Source: Octopus vulgaris (Eukaryota). From it: a DNA stretch of 64,000 bases. The stretch is from NCBI GenBank assembly GCA_951406725.2, contig OX597838.1:13516001-13580000 (forward strand). The letters run 5' to 3'. The position numbers and the translations under genes were made by a program. Of the stretch, positions 47,064 to 60,900 are shown piece after piece (positions within the stretch are counted from its first letter, which is position 1; every line of letters starts with the position of its first letter). The notes under the pieces were generated by a model. That model was not told where the DNA came from, made no database searches, and saw nothing but the letters and a program-made list of their open reading frames with translations.

Positions 47064-50000
47064 GTAGAATTATCTGTTTGCAAAAAAACTAAATGCTTGA
47101 CTAACAAAAACTTTCCCCAACCACCCATTCCTCCATGCCCTCACCCACCTGCCAACACACTAACCCTTTTCTTTTATTTTCATTTCTTATTCTTGGTTTA
47201 AAAAAATTTTTTTTAAAGAATGCATGGAATTCATCATGGGACAGTAATGTAACTTCTAAATGCAAAATTTCTGGCTTATGTAAATAAGGCTTTGAATTGA
47301 ATGCTGGGAATTAGTTTGACATTGCGTATAACTAACATTTGCTTCCATAGGAGCAGTGGTTGTCTATCTCCTTTCATAGCTCAGTGCCCCCACCACCACT
47401 GCTCTCCTGCCCTTCCCTGAATAATTTTGCTGAAACTCAAAATTTAATTTTGAGCATTGGCTTCAGTTATGTTTCTGTTCTGTTAATAACACAATGTCTT
47501 ATATTCTAATCTTATATTCTTATATTCTAGTCTTATATTCTAGTCTTATATTCTAATCTTATATTCTAATCTTATATTCTTATATTCTAGTCTTATATTC
47601 TAATCTTATATTCTAATCTTATTTTCTAGTCTTATATTCTAGTCTTATATTCTAATCTTATATTCTAATCTTATATTCTAATCTTATATTCTTATATTCT
47701 AGTCTTATATTCTAATCTTATATTCTTATATTCTAGTCTTATATTCTAATCCCATCAAAGATTTCTATTTGTGAAAATGTGTTTAAAATATAAAGTATGC
47801 CTGTGTTGTTAAGAAGCTTACTTTGTAAACTCGTAGTTTCAGGTTCAGTCCCACTGCATGGTACCTAGGGCAAGTGTCTTTTGGGTCAACTAATATCTTG
47901 TATGTAAATTTGGTAGATGGAAACTTGTTATATGTACACACACATGCACGGGCACATACAGGCATCCCCTGTATTATCACTACCTCAGCTTACAGAATTT
48001 TGTGCTTATGGAAATTATAAAATATGACCATTAATTTCACTTTTACAGAAACTTGTATTGCATAGTTTTAAATTGTTAACAATTTAAAACTATACTCCCT
48101 TCTTAGCTCATTGGTCATTAGCATTTTAATTAAGATCAAAGTTAATGAGTTGGAAAACTATCTTCAAGTTACTCACATACATGCACACAAATACGCATGT
48201 TTATATTTTGTGTATAATGTGAGTATATATATATATGTTATACAAGTTATAATATTAAATTACCAGTGACTAATATAAACTTAAATTTCATTAAATAGGA
48301 ACTTAGAAAAGTATTATAAACCTTGCTATGTTTAAAGCTATAAACCTTGCTATGTTTAAAGCTAATTAAACTGTTTAATATATATATATATATATATGAA
48401 ATCTAGTACAAATTATAGCAACACACAACACTAGTAAATTTAACAGTTTCCATATGAACAATAGCAATAATAGTAACCAGAATTATAATTATAGATTAAT
48501 AAGTAGTATCAATGTAAACATGAGCAAACAAACCATAAGTAACACAACTAGGTATGAAGATAGGAACTATGTTTTGGGAACCAATAAAATAGAAGAGACC
48601 TGACTGAGCTTTCCCATGAGCTTAGAAGTAGATGTGAATCCTAGAAAGCACAATACTCAGAATGTTTATATGCAAAAGACTAATAGCTTAGAAGATAGAC
48701 AGGAGAATATAGAAATCACATCTAGAGAAGGTGAAGCCAATACTATTAATAGTAGCAGTAGAATTATTAAATGCGATTGTACAAGGAACAGGGTTTGTCC
48801 ACTTAACTCTAATTGTAGGACCAAAATATCATATACAGATGTAAGATTACCTCAGAGAATAGAGAGTATTTCTATATAGGAGCTTAAAGGAGAATTACCA
48901 GACATTTAAGTCCGTTAAGAAATAGGAGCAAAATGAATACCATCAGCCTTAGTAAGCTAATTTGGCCACTAAAAGATAGTAACAAAGTATTTTTGATTGC
49001 TTGGGAAATAATTAGTAAAGCATGACTTTATAGAATAGGCAATAATAAGTGTGACTTTTGTGTGGAAGAAATGTACCAGATTTTCGCTTCTAAATTTACC
49101 CTTATAAACACTAGACAGGCTACGAGGTGTCAACACTGGACAAAATATATGTTTAACCCTTTAGTATTCAGATTAGTTTGTCAAATGTAAAACTTATTTA
49201 TTCATATTGCCTTGAATTAATCAAGCATTATCTCATAGCTTTGAGATTTTGATGATGTGGTTGCTTTTTTTTAGAATGACATTCTAGGGTAATTGTGAGA
49301 GGGTGTGGCTGGTTTAAATACTAAAGGATTAAATGATTTAAATACACAAATTACCATCTGTAGTAATTATACTAGTTAAAATAACGATTATGACACTAAT
49401 ACATATAATTATAATAATAACAATATTAATTGAGGTTATAAACTCAAAATAAGTGAAGTACCTCTGAATAAATAATGTACTCCGTACAATAAAATGTAAA
49501 CAAAACTGCTACAAATAATTGTAGTATAAATAAACATTTGTTTGTCTGTGTGTGTGTATTTTTGTATGTTTTTCAACATATAGACAATACAATACAGAAT
49601 TAAACAGAAAACTTTTATTATAAGGACAGGGTGTTGTTATTGAGCTAGAAACACAGCGTGAGAGAGAAAGTGTGTAAAAAATAGAATTAAAATTTATTTC
49701 AAGAAAAGAAAAAAAACCCGGGTTATTGGTTGAGTATACCAATGTGTTAATTGTAGTAGACTTCTGCTGAAGGATCTAATTCATCTTGACTAGGTTGTTA
49801 CCTGACAGCACAGCAATGGGTAATGACTAGTTGACTACTAAAATTATTGCTAAAGGGTTGGCACTTACAGAGGGATGTCTTCAGGTTTTGCTTATAATGA
49901 TCCCAATTGTGAATATAACATAAAAATTACAAGAGGAATTTACAACGAGCTCAGTTCCTATACTGAGCTATACAAAGAGATGATTCGTTATAAACAACAA

Positions 50001-50445
50001 ATAACTTTGGATAAGTTCTTCACACTTCAAGCCAATGTTTGTGATAATAAACTGTAAGGTAGTATATATATTGCCCTTCATCGTCCTAGTAGCTCTCATT
50101 CCTCCACCATCCTCACACAGCAGTCAACATCTTTTGTAGTAAGAACAATATTATGGTTCTTATTAATTTCCTAACTTATTCCTCTTGAAATGGTTTTTGT
50201 ATTTTTATGTATCTATATTGTATTGTGTATGTTTAGAAATAGTTATTTTCATGTATAAAAGTGATAATGTTGCTTGTTCTTTGTTGTTTTCTTGTACTTT
50301 TTTTTATATTAAAAAAAAAATGCCATAGGAATGCAATCTCATGTGATAATAGGAATATCAATAGAAATATTAATTTTGTTATTATGGAATTTTGTGTTAT
50401 GGCCAGATTTTCAGGAATGCATTACTTCCATAAAGTGGAGGGTTC

Positions 50446-50478
<33 letters not shown>

Positions 50479-53400
50479 CTACAAAATTAGAAAATGGAGA
50501 AACATACTTAAATCAATAAAACATCAACTATCAGATGATACCCAATCAATACTTTATTACACCATTACATATCAGTAAAGGCATTATACAAAATATACAG
50601 TAAAGGTAAATAGACAAGGAAATAGAAATATAAAATATAAAATATAATATGTAATTATATCATATCTGACAGCTGGATATATGTTATCCCATGGTGGGTT
50701 GAATTTTTCAACCCCTATCTCATTTTATAACCTATATATCTCTCTCTATATAAACGGCAGTTTGTCTGTGCGTTTTCTGTGTGTCTGTTTTCTCGTACCC
50801 TCACTCTGACCACGGCTTTCAACCGATTCTGATGAAACTTGACACACACACATAGCCCAATGTCATAATTCAAAACTAACGCAGCGAAAATTTTGAAAAG
50901 TTCCCCCAGTTCTGAAAAAAAATCGATAAATTCGACATGGGGTCGAGAATGAGAAACCCAAACCACAGACCGTCTAGGGGACGCAACTCCACCTGTTTTA
51001 ACTCTCAAAAAAAATTTACCATCATTTTTTTTCCATTTTTTTGCTATTTTTTGGCTATAACTCTCTAAAAATGCTTTATAGTTATTTCCCTTACAAACCT
51101 GAGCAACGCCGGGCGATACTGCTATCTCTCTCTATATAAACGGCAGTTTGTCTGTGCGTGTTTCTGTGTGTCTGTTTTCTCGTACCCTCACTCTGACCAC
51201 GGCTTTCAACCGATTCTGATGAAACTTGACACACACATAGCCCAATGTCATAATTCAAAACTAACACAGCGAAAATTTTGAAAAGTTCCCCCAGTTCTGA
51301 AAAAATCGATAAATTCGACATGGGGTCGAGAATGAGAAACCCAAACCACAGACCGTCTAGGGGACGCAACTCCACCTGTTTTAACTCAAAAAAATTTACC
51401 ATCATTTTTTTTCTATTTTTTGGCTATAACTCTCTAAAAATGCTTTATAGTTATTTCCCTTACAAACCTGAGCAACGCCGGGCGATACTGCTAGTATATA
51501 TATACATGTAAAAAAATACAAACTGGGACAAGAACGCAAAACATTTAGAAGACAATACAAAAAACACGGACGGGACATTCGAAGCCTTCAATCTTCAGTC
51601 AAGAACCGGATCATCCTCGCAATTTCGGCTGATTAATCTTGAGATTGCTCCGACCTGGCCAGCTCCAAAGGAAAATCTAAGCCAAGCGCATTAGATTCCT
51701 TGGAAGAAAGCCTCGAATGTTTGAATTTTATGGAAGAACTGACAGATTGTTTAGTTAGTTGACCTATGATACTTGGAAATACTAACGAATAACTTAGCTG
51801 GACTGGCTCTCGTGCCAGTGGCATGTAAAAAGCACCATTCGAGCATGATTGTTACCAGCATCACCTTACTGGTACTTGTGCCAGTGGCACGTGAAAAACA
51901 ACATTTGAGCGAGTTCATTACCAGTGCCACTGGACTGGCTCCTGTGCAGGTGGCATGTAAAAAACGCCATTTGAGTGTGGCCGTTGCCAGTACTGCCTGA
52001 CTGGCCCTCGTGCTGGTGGCACGCAAAAGCACCCACTACACTCGGAGTGGTTGGCATTAGGAAGTGCATCCAGCTGTAGAAACCCTGCCAGATCAGATTA
52101 GAGCCTATTGCAGCCATCTAGCTCGCCGGTCCTCAGTCAAACCGTCCAATCCATGCCAGCATGGAAAGTGGATGTTAAATGATGATGATTAATACATGTA
52201 TGTATGTATGTATGTATGTATGTATGTATGTATGTATGTATGTATGTATGTATGAATACATGCATGCATACATACATACATACATACATACATACATACA
52301 TACATACATACATACATACATACATACATACATACATACATACAAACAAACAAATAAACAAACCACTTGCTCAAGGTGCCACACTGTGGGATTGAACCCC
52401 AAACCATGTGTTTGGGAAGTAAACTTCTTAACCACCCAGTTATGCCTGCATCTATAAGTCACATAAATTCACATCTAGTTGACAGTAGTGTGTAGACCCG
52501 TAACTGACTAACACACAGTGCTGTACTGTTTGCTCCTCATTATACATAATGTTACTCTGTTCCCTTTTTCCTCTGTCCGAGTGTCCAGCCGTCTATAAAC
52601 GTGTCCTACTGTGTCTACTTGCAGTGCTGATGACCAACGTGAGAAGATGAAGAAGGAAGCGAAAGAGGCCAGTCTAAAGGCTCGACGCGTTAAACTGTCG
52701 ACCCTGTTACTTCATGAGAATAAACAGTATGAGGTAATATATGCTTTAGACTTTTAGGGTAACTTCTGGGTAACTGTTAAGGTTGACTTCATGGTTTATA
52801 TTGTTGAATACATTGAAAGCATGATGATTGTATTGTACAAGACGTTGTGAAGAATCAATGAAGAATCAGTGAGACAGTGTCACGTGACAACTTGCTGGGG
52901 CTGCCTGCTGGAGCCTATGCGGCAGGTATTTAAAGGGAAAAATTTGACAAGACAGTCAGTCACCGGCTGACACTCGCTGACGATACATCATCGAAGAGGC
53001 CAGGGAACAGAAGAAAGAAGACATGCACCCAACACCAGAGCTGAAGACACCTCCGAAAGGGGGGGGGGGCGCAGCCACGTCAAAACGGTAGAGGAGTAGG
53101 GGCCGAAACCGGACAAGGTTCCTCCTGATGATAAAGGAGCTGTTGTGGTAGCGGACCACGAAACACAAATGTCCTTAGTTCACAGCAGGGCTGGATTAAT
53201 GTCTGCCTTCCATGCTGGCATGGGTTGGACAGTTTGAGAGGAGTTTGCTAGGTGTGGGACTGCAACAGACTCCTGTGTCTGTTTTAGCATGGTTTTTATG
53301 GTTGGATGCCCTTCCTAATACCAACCACCCAGCAGAGTGGACTGAATGCTTCTTATGTAGCATAAACACAGGTGAGGTCAGTTTTGGCATGGTTTTTGTA

Positions 53401-54695
53401 GTTGGATGCCCTTCCAAATGTCAACCACTTTACAGTGTGGGCTGGATGCTTTTTACATGGTACCAACACTGGCAGGGTCACCAAGTAACTTGCAAGACAA
53501 ATATCCTTTGGAGGAGGTGATCTTGGGCCAGATGATAATAGGTTAGAGCAGTGCTTTTCAAACTTTTTGCTGGAGCGGAACCTCAAGGAATCATTCCACT
53601 TGCTCGAGGAACCCCTGTGCAATAATTTAATAGTCTTATGCACACATATCTGCACAGGAGAATTAAAAATCACTGCCGATTTTAGCAGTTTTGTAACTTC
53701 TTGCGGAACCCCTGGACTGTACTGGCGGAACCCTGGTTGAAAACCACTGGGTTAGAGTAACAGAGAGACAGAGAAGCAGAAACAGGTGTCTTGCTGTAGA
53801 CAAGGTACATGGTTTCCTGACCGGTGAGAGAATGGTAAAAATAGAAATATTGTGGGTCATTTTCAGAATAATAAAGGTTTTTCTAAAGCGTCTTCAGCAC
53901 TTCTTTTATTCTTTTAAAAGGCTGAACTGAAACAGCAGACACCTCGAAAGAATTACGAACTACTGGACCAGATGAAGGAACGTGTTGAAACGCTACAAAG
54001 TGCTCGGGAAATAAAGCGTAAACAGGTTTGTGTTGGCACCAAGATGTTTGCATATTTGTTCTTTAGTTGTTTCATGTTTACTCTTACTCTTTTACATGGA
54101 AACTTCCTCACACTCTCTATCATTCTCTCTCACCCACTCTTCTCTAATACTGTCTCTGTTACTCCCTCTCCCTTCCATTCCATTCTCTCACTCCCTCTCA
54201 CTCCCTCTCCCTCCAACTCTCTCCCAACCTTCTCCTTCTCGCTCCCTCTCTCATTCTCTCTCACTCACTCACATCTGTCTCTTTCACTCGCTTATTATTG
54301 TCTCTTTCAGTTGGCAGATGAGAAACTACTGGAACATTGGCAGAAAAATGCTCCTGAAATTCAACAGGTCAGTTGTTCTCATAGATTACATCTGTTACAC
54401 ACTCCTTCACTCACACTCCTTCACTCACACTCAGTGAGTCACTCATTGTCTCAACAGATTTCCTTCGCTTGAAACACTTTAACATGTCTGGGCTGTTTGT
54501 GGTTCAGTTGATTATTACCTCCCTTAGAAGCAACTACTCTCCTGTTGGTGGCAACAAGAAAGGCTTCAGAAAACTCTGGCTCAATGTTACTCACCTCTTA
54601 TTCATGCAAGCATGGAAAGTGGATTGCACACACATGCATACACACACATGCACATACACACACACGCATACACGCATGCACACACATACACGCAT

Positions 54696-54729
<34 letters not shown>

Positions 54730-54939
54730 CTTTTCTCAATTTATAGAACTAAAAGGATTCTTTTACAACTTCCAGGACTCTATAAAATGGAAATAAAATT
54801 CCAGAATACATAAATATAAATAAATAGACAAATGTTGATGTAATACATAAAACATGATCAAATTTAAGAAAAATGTCTTTTGTAAGTACTTTAGTATGAT
54901 GAAATTAAAAATTTTTCTTGAGAGAATTAAGTGTGTGTA

Positions 54940-54983
<44 letters not shown>

Positions 54984-57900
54984 ATTTATGTATGTATGTA
55001 TATATCATCATCATCATCATTTAGCGTCCGCTTTCCATGCTAGCATGGAAAGCGGACGCTAAATATATATATTTAAATATATATATAAGCACCAACCGAT
55101 CATGGCCATTTGCCAGCCTCCCCTGGCCCCTGTACCGGTGGCACGTATAAAGCACCCACTACACCCATGGAGTGGTTGGCGTTAGGAAGGGCATCCAGCT
55201 GTTGAAACACTGCCAGATCAGACTGGATGTTAAAGGATGATGATGATGATGATAATGTATTAAGTATTGAAGAGATATTAAAAACAACGAAAGAAAAAAT
55301 ATAAAAATCTCATCTATGGCACATTTCAGAGATGTGCCAAGGATTATGACATATTTCATATTATTAATCATGGCACTCCTCTCATCAGGATGTTAGACAA
55401 AGGTCGTTAACACATCTACATACCAGAACCGGTTAACCGTCAATGTTTAACATCCCGATGAGGAGGGGAGTAATTTGAATAGTGCCAAATCCATGCAATT
55501 GCTGAAGGACAATTTGATACCAGACTTGGATGAAGGTGAGATATTTCAGCATGGTGAGGTTCCATGCCACAGATCGCGTGCAACACAATAGCATTTGGCT
55601 GATGAAGGTGTTACCATATTGAAAGATTGGCCAGCTTAGAGCCCTGACTTCAATATCATCAAGCAAATATGGACAGAACTAGAGAGGAGGGTTCGTCTGA
55701 AAAACCTACACAATCTTGAAGAGTTGTAGGAGCTCAGCCACAGAGAATGGCATCTCATACCTGTGAAGATGGTGAAGGATTTGTACACATCTCTTCCCAG
55801 GTGCATTGAAGCAATTATTCAAACCAGGGGAAGCCATACAAAATAACAATGTACAGTAAATTCTTGAAAGGAACATTATGTAATAAATTTTCATTATAGA
55901 CATTTTTCTGTTTTAAAACCTTGTATCATGATTGGTTTATGTGAGGTTGCCGAAAACTTTTGCACAGCCATTTTTGGTGATCGTTTCACATGTTCCCTTC
56001 TCATTCAGAACCCTGACTACGAAATATAATGATTAGGTATGGAAATGATTCCAACAGGACCAATGTTTCATCTGTAAAAAATGCAATGTGAAACATCCAC
56101 TTATAAGTTGGCTATTAGTAGAAATTTACAATAGTTTTAAGTGGTCAAAGATTTTTGCATGGTACTCTGGCACCTGTGCCGGTGGCACGTAGAAAGCATC
56201 CATTACACTCATGGAGTGGTTGGCATTAGGAAGGGCATCCAGCTGTAGAAACACTGCCAGATCAGACTGGGCCTGGTACAGCCTTCTGGCTTCCCAGACC
56301 CAGTTGAACCGTCCAACCCATGCTAGCATGGAAAGCGGACGCTAAACGATGATGAACAATGAATAAGCATATGCATAAATATATGTTTGTATATATAATT
56401 CCGAGAAAGTTAGAGGTTGTGAACCCAACCAACTAAGGGATAATATCTATCCAATATACTGCTGGTAGAATACCCAATTATTAATACACAAGTGTTTTTT
56501 ATTGCATTGCAATTACATTACCGAGTCTACTAAATAGGTGAGGGTAGAGAGTTATTTTACCATTAATTTTTAGAGCAATAAGAAAATGGAGGGGATCAAT
56601 AGGTGGTATTCATCATATATATATATATACATATATGTCTATATTTTGTAAATGTGCATTTTACAAAACAGTCTATTCCTATAGAACGTTATATCTAACC
56701 CTTTATTTGGTAATACTTATTTCTTTCAGGTCGACCGAAAATTACTTACTGAGCATGTTGTATCAGAGTGGGACCATCAGCTGGAAGATGCAAAAAAGGT
56801 TTGATTTCCTTCCTTCCTTCCTTCCTTCTTCCCCTCCACATGTTCATTCATTTGCTGAAGTATTGTCCCTTCCTCTCTTTGTATCATCCTAAAACACACA
56901 CTCACCAACTAAACTCTCTTCTGAACATTCTACCTAGTTCTAAATTACTGCGCACACTTGCGTGCACACACACACACACACACACACACACCATCATCAT
57001 TGTCATCATCATCATCATCATCATTATCATTTTACATCTAATTTTTCTTCTCAATGCTGGTATGGTTTGAATATATCTCAAAATATCTCTACCATCCAGC
57101 ACATACACCACTACAGAGAAAACTACTCAACTTAGTTGTGCATATCTTACAATGTAGACTGGATGCATTTTATCCTGCCTCCAGCTCTGAAGACGTTGTC
57201 TTGTGGAATTGATGTCATTTGGTAGACACAAACATTCCTTTTTGCTCAAAAGTTACCAGCCTTACCTCTTACAGTTACCATATTTATTGGTTAATAAGAT
57301 GTACTCCTATTTTTCCAAGTATATTTGTGGAAGGAAAAGCAACCTTAGTGTGTTTGATCATACATGTTTTGAAAGAGAGACTATCTTTCTTAACCATTTA
57401 GTATTTAAACTGGTCACATCTGGCCCAAATATGGATCTGACTTCTCACATCTACCCTACAATGAATGAATGAGTGACTGAATGGATGAATGAATGAATGG
57501 ATGAATGAATGGATGAATGAATGAATGGATGAATGAATGGATGAATGAATGGATGGATGAATGAATGGATGAATGAATGGATGGATGAATGAATGGATGA
57601 ATGAATGGATGGATGAATGAATGGATGAATGAATGGATGGATGAATGAATGGATGGATGAATGAATGAATGACTGAATGAATGAATGGATGAATGAATGG
57701 ATGAATGAATGGATGGATGGATGGATGGATGAATGGATGAATGAATGGATGGATGGATGGATGGATGAATGAATGGATGAATGAATGGATGGATGGATGG
57801 ATGGATGAATGAATGGATGGATGAATGAATGGATGGATGAATGGATGGATGAATGGATGGATGAATGAATGAATGACTGAATGAATGAATGAATGGATGA

Positions 57901-60900
57901 ATGAATGGATGAATGAATGGATGGATGGATGGATGGATGAATGAATGGATGAATGAATGGATGGATGGATGGATGGATGAATGAATGGATGGATGAATGG
58001 ATGGATGGATGAATGGATGGATGAATGAATGAATGACTGAATGAATGGATGAATGGATGAATGAATGGATGAATGAATGGATGGATGGATGAATGAATGG
58101 ATGAATGAATGGATGGATGGATGGATGAATGAATGGATGGATGGATGGATGGATGGATGAATGGATGGATGGATGGATGGATGGATGGATGAATGGATGG
58201 ATGGGTGGGTGGGTGGGTTTTGGGGATTTGGGTGGGTGGGAAAGAGGTAGGTCCAGGAAGACATGGGATGTGGTGGTGAGTCATGATCTTTGGATGTTGA
58301 GTTTCAATGAGGCAGTGACAAGTGATTACTTTTTGTACAAGTTTTTACCAAATATTGTTCTTTTCCATACTGAAACTACTTGGTAGAATTTATTAATTAT
58401 ATATATGTATATTATATATGTATATGTATATGTGTATTATATATGTATGTATATTATATATGTATATATATATATGATTCTACACTCGCGGAGTGGTTGG
58501 CGTTAGGAAGGGCATCCAGCCGTAGAAACACTGCCAGATCTGACTGGGCCTGACGAGGAGATATTATATATGTATATATATGTATATATATATGTATATT
58601 ATATATGTATATATATGTATATATATGTATATATATATGTATATATATATTTTAGTATATTATGCTTATTATATTGTTGTGAACATCACTTCCACAGAGT
58701 CTCTTCACTTTAAGTACATCTATCATCTTTGATCTGCATTACATGTCCCACACCGTTCATTTGTCTCTTTTGCACACTATGTTTGATCCGTCTGATAATC
58801 AGTTTATCCCCTCAACACTTTAATACTATCATTCATACGTTGTACATCCGGTGAAACATATTTGCTTTATTTCTTTCTAGGTTTTTGTAAAAAAACTTTG
58901 TTTGAGTTGTTTTAACAAGGATTTCTTTTTTTTTTTGTTTTTTTTCCCTCTCTCACAACCAACTTCAGCAAGCTGAAGAGAAGGCAAAGGAAGAAGAGAC
59001 CTACCGGCAGCAAATGGAGGAGGAAATGAAGGCTGCAGCCAAGAAAGAGGAGATGGAGCAGGAGAAGAGGATTAAGCAACGGAAGACTTTGCAAGAAATA
59101 CTGAAGCAGCAGATGGGAGAACTGAAAAGAAAAGAGGAAGAGGTGAGGTCCTATAGGGATCCATAGCCTGGGATGTATCTGTTTTGCTGTTCCTGTAGGT
59201 GTTTGTCTTGTTTTGTCCTTTTTTATGCTTAGTTCCTCTATCATGGCTGAAGGTGAATGAGAAGTTGGTGTTTTTCACGTGTGTGTTCTTCTTCATCATT
59301 TCTTTTCTTCTGTTTCAGTCATAGGACTGTGGCCATGCCGGAGCACCACCTTGAGGTACTACTTGTTTTTGCCAACTGAGCAGATGTGAAATAAAGTGTC
59401 TTGCTCAAGGACATAACGCACTGCCAGGTATTGAACTCACAGCCTTATGATTGTGAGCTGAATGACCTAACCACTAAGCCACATGCCTTCGCATATTTTA
59501 GTAATTAAAAATTTGATTTACTTTTTTTTATATTTCTTTAATAATTAATATTTTTACTGTAACAATTACATCAAAGCAGTCTGATTGGCAGAAACGTTAG
59601 CATGCCGGGTGAAATGCTTAGCAGTATTTCATCTGCCGTTATGTTCTGAGTTCAAATTCCGCTGAGGTCGACTTTGCCTTTCATCCTTTCGGGGTCGATA
59701 AATTAAGTACCAGTTACGCACTGGGGTCGATGTAATCGACCTGATCCCTTTGTCTGTCCTTGTTTGTCCCCTCTATGCATATCCCTTTGTGGGCAATAAA
59801 GAAATAAGAATTGTTAAAGTATGAAACAATGTAAAGCCTTTTATGTTCTGAATTCAAATGCCACCCAGGTGAACTTTGCCTGTCAGTCTCCCAACTACTG
59901 GAGTCTATAGAGTCAACTATGTTCTCTCTCTCTCTCCAAATTCAACATCTTGTGCCTGCCCACATGAAAATTTAATATTTATAACTACATTTTCACAATA
60001 AATGTAATTATGTTTTTCTATGTATTTAATTAAATTTTCATTAAAGAGGTTTAGTTGAATTACACTTAATTCAATGTTATTTTCTAATATAAGAAGGATC
60101 CTTGTTTTTTTTATTATATATTACTTTGATTGTCTCCATTAAGTTTTTTTTTCTCGTTAATCTTAATTGGTCATCTAAAGTGGCAAGCTGGAAGAATTGT
60201 TACCATGCCTGACAAAATGCTTAGTGGCATTTCGTCTGTCTTCGTGTTCTGACTTCAAATTCTACCATGGTCAACTTTGCCTTTCATCCCTTTTGGAGGT
60301 CGATAAAAATCAAGTACCACTTGGGTACTGGGGTCAATGTAATCGATTTACTCCCTCTCTCCCTCCCTCGGAATTGTTGGCCTTGCACCAAAATTTGAAA
60401 TCAGTCTTAACTGGTTTATCACATGTGTTGAGTTCCATGTGAAACGTTTTGTTGTGTTTCAGGCTGCAGAACTTCAGGAACAACAGGCCAAGATAGAGAA
60501 GGAGAAATACCAGATGGAAGTGATGGAAAACGAGCGTAGGAAAGTGGAAGAGAGGAGGAAAAAGCAAGACTTTGGGTGAGTCTCTTTCCACCGCATTACC
60601 ATCACCATCACCACTGTATGCACCACCACCACCACCACCACCACCACCACCACCACCACTGCCATCAGCATTACTACTATCATTGCAACCATGACAACAG
60701 TCACCACTATTAGCCTGTCATTTCCCCCACTACCTCTTACATCCCTAACTCTATCATTACCTCCATAATCATTTTCATCGTCATTGTCATCACTACCTCC
60801 CTCATCATCATCACTACCACACCATCATCTTCATCTCATGACCCGGCAACGCCGGGTCATAGTGCTAGTTAAGTAATAGAAGGGATATAATTTTATACTA

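Noticed and set aside
57398-58284. 288-aa and 277-aa His/Pro/Ser-rich ORFs
   Set aside because: Translations of (TCCA/TTCA)n within a TCHP intron
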